Below, piece by piece: positions 63,405 through 64,000 of a DNA stretch of 64,000 bases. Under the pieces are notes generated by a model that made no database searches, had not been told where the DNA came from, and saw only the letters and a program-made list of their open reading frames with translations. Numbering within the stretch: position 1 is the stretch's first letter; each line of letters begins with the position of its first letter. The DNA lies in NCBI GenBank assembly GCA_951406725.2, contig OX597828.1, positions 20,646,001 to 20,710,000 on the forward strand. Reading direction: 5' to 3'. Both the position numbers and the translations under genes were made by a program. This DNA is from Octopus vulgaris (Eukaryota).

Positions 63405-64000
63405 GGCGGCGAGCTGGCAGAAACGTTAGCACGCCGGGCGAAATGCTCAGCGGTATTTCGTCTGCCGTTACGTTCCGAGTTCAAATTCCACCGAGGTCGA
63501 CTTTGCCTTTCATCCTTTCGGGGTCGATTAAATAAGTACCAGTTACGCACTGGGGTCGATGTAATCGACTTAATCCGTTTGTCTGTCCTTGTTTGTCCCC
63601 TCTGTGTTTAGCCCCTTGTGGGTAGTAAAGAAATAGGCATTTCGTCTGCCGTTACGTTCTGAGTTCAAATTCCGCCGTGGTTGATTTTGCCTTTCATCCT
63701 TTCGGGGTCGATTAAATAAGTACCAGTTACGCATTGGGGTCGATATAATCGACTTAATCCGTTTGTCTGTCCTTGTTTGTCCTCTCTGTGTTTAGCCCCA
63801 TGTGGGTAGTAAAGAAATAGGTATTTCGTCTGCCGTTACGTTCTGAGTTCAAATTCCGCCGTGGTCGATTTTGCCTTTCATCCTTTCGGGGTCGATAAAT
63901 TAAGTACCAGTTACGCAATGGAGTCGATGTAATCGACTTAATCCGTTTGTCTGTCCTTGTTTGTCCCCTCTATGTTTAACCCCTTGTGGGCAATAAAGAA
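63405..64000 (+). mobile_element. SINE family B tandem multimer (head plus at least 3 x 184-bp units)
   Basis: Units begin at 63452, 63636 and 63820 with the junction AAAGAAATA|GG(T/C)ATTTCGTC; runs off the window end. Confidence 0.93.

Overview
AT-rich, repeat-saturated eukaryotic DNA, intergenic or intronic. The SINE, LINE and microsatellite repertoire resembles what I recall of octopus (cephalopod) genomes; this is inference. No host exon could be supported, and almost all ORF-track entries are microsatellite artefacts. Real coding content is transposon-derived: (1) an apparently intact CR1-group LINE at ~37.0-40.9 kb, with an unusual ORF1 (Myb/SANT-like plus CCCH finger), an APE-RT ORF2 and a 1.2 kb AT-rich tandem array upstream; (2) a near full-length, frameshifted R4/Dong-type RLE retrotransposon in (TAA)n plus several relatives; (3) two 5'-truncated L1/Tx1-type copies in (GATA)n; (4) RTE, Penelope (GIY-YIG), mariner, Helitron and LTR-RT remnants. 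Three tRNA-derived SINE families are abundant. The most notable signals are: two SINE-LINE 3'-tail matches visible inside this window, one of them to a Tx1/L1-type element; hammerhead-ribozyme folds inside Penelope-like hairpin insertions in (TA)n; exact 184-bp tandem SINE multimers; a ~2.2 kb foldback; and an apparent partitioning of retroelement families among different microsatellite types. All alignments and folds were done by eye, and boundaries of degenerate elements are approximate.
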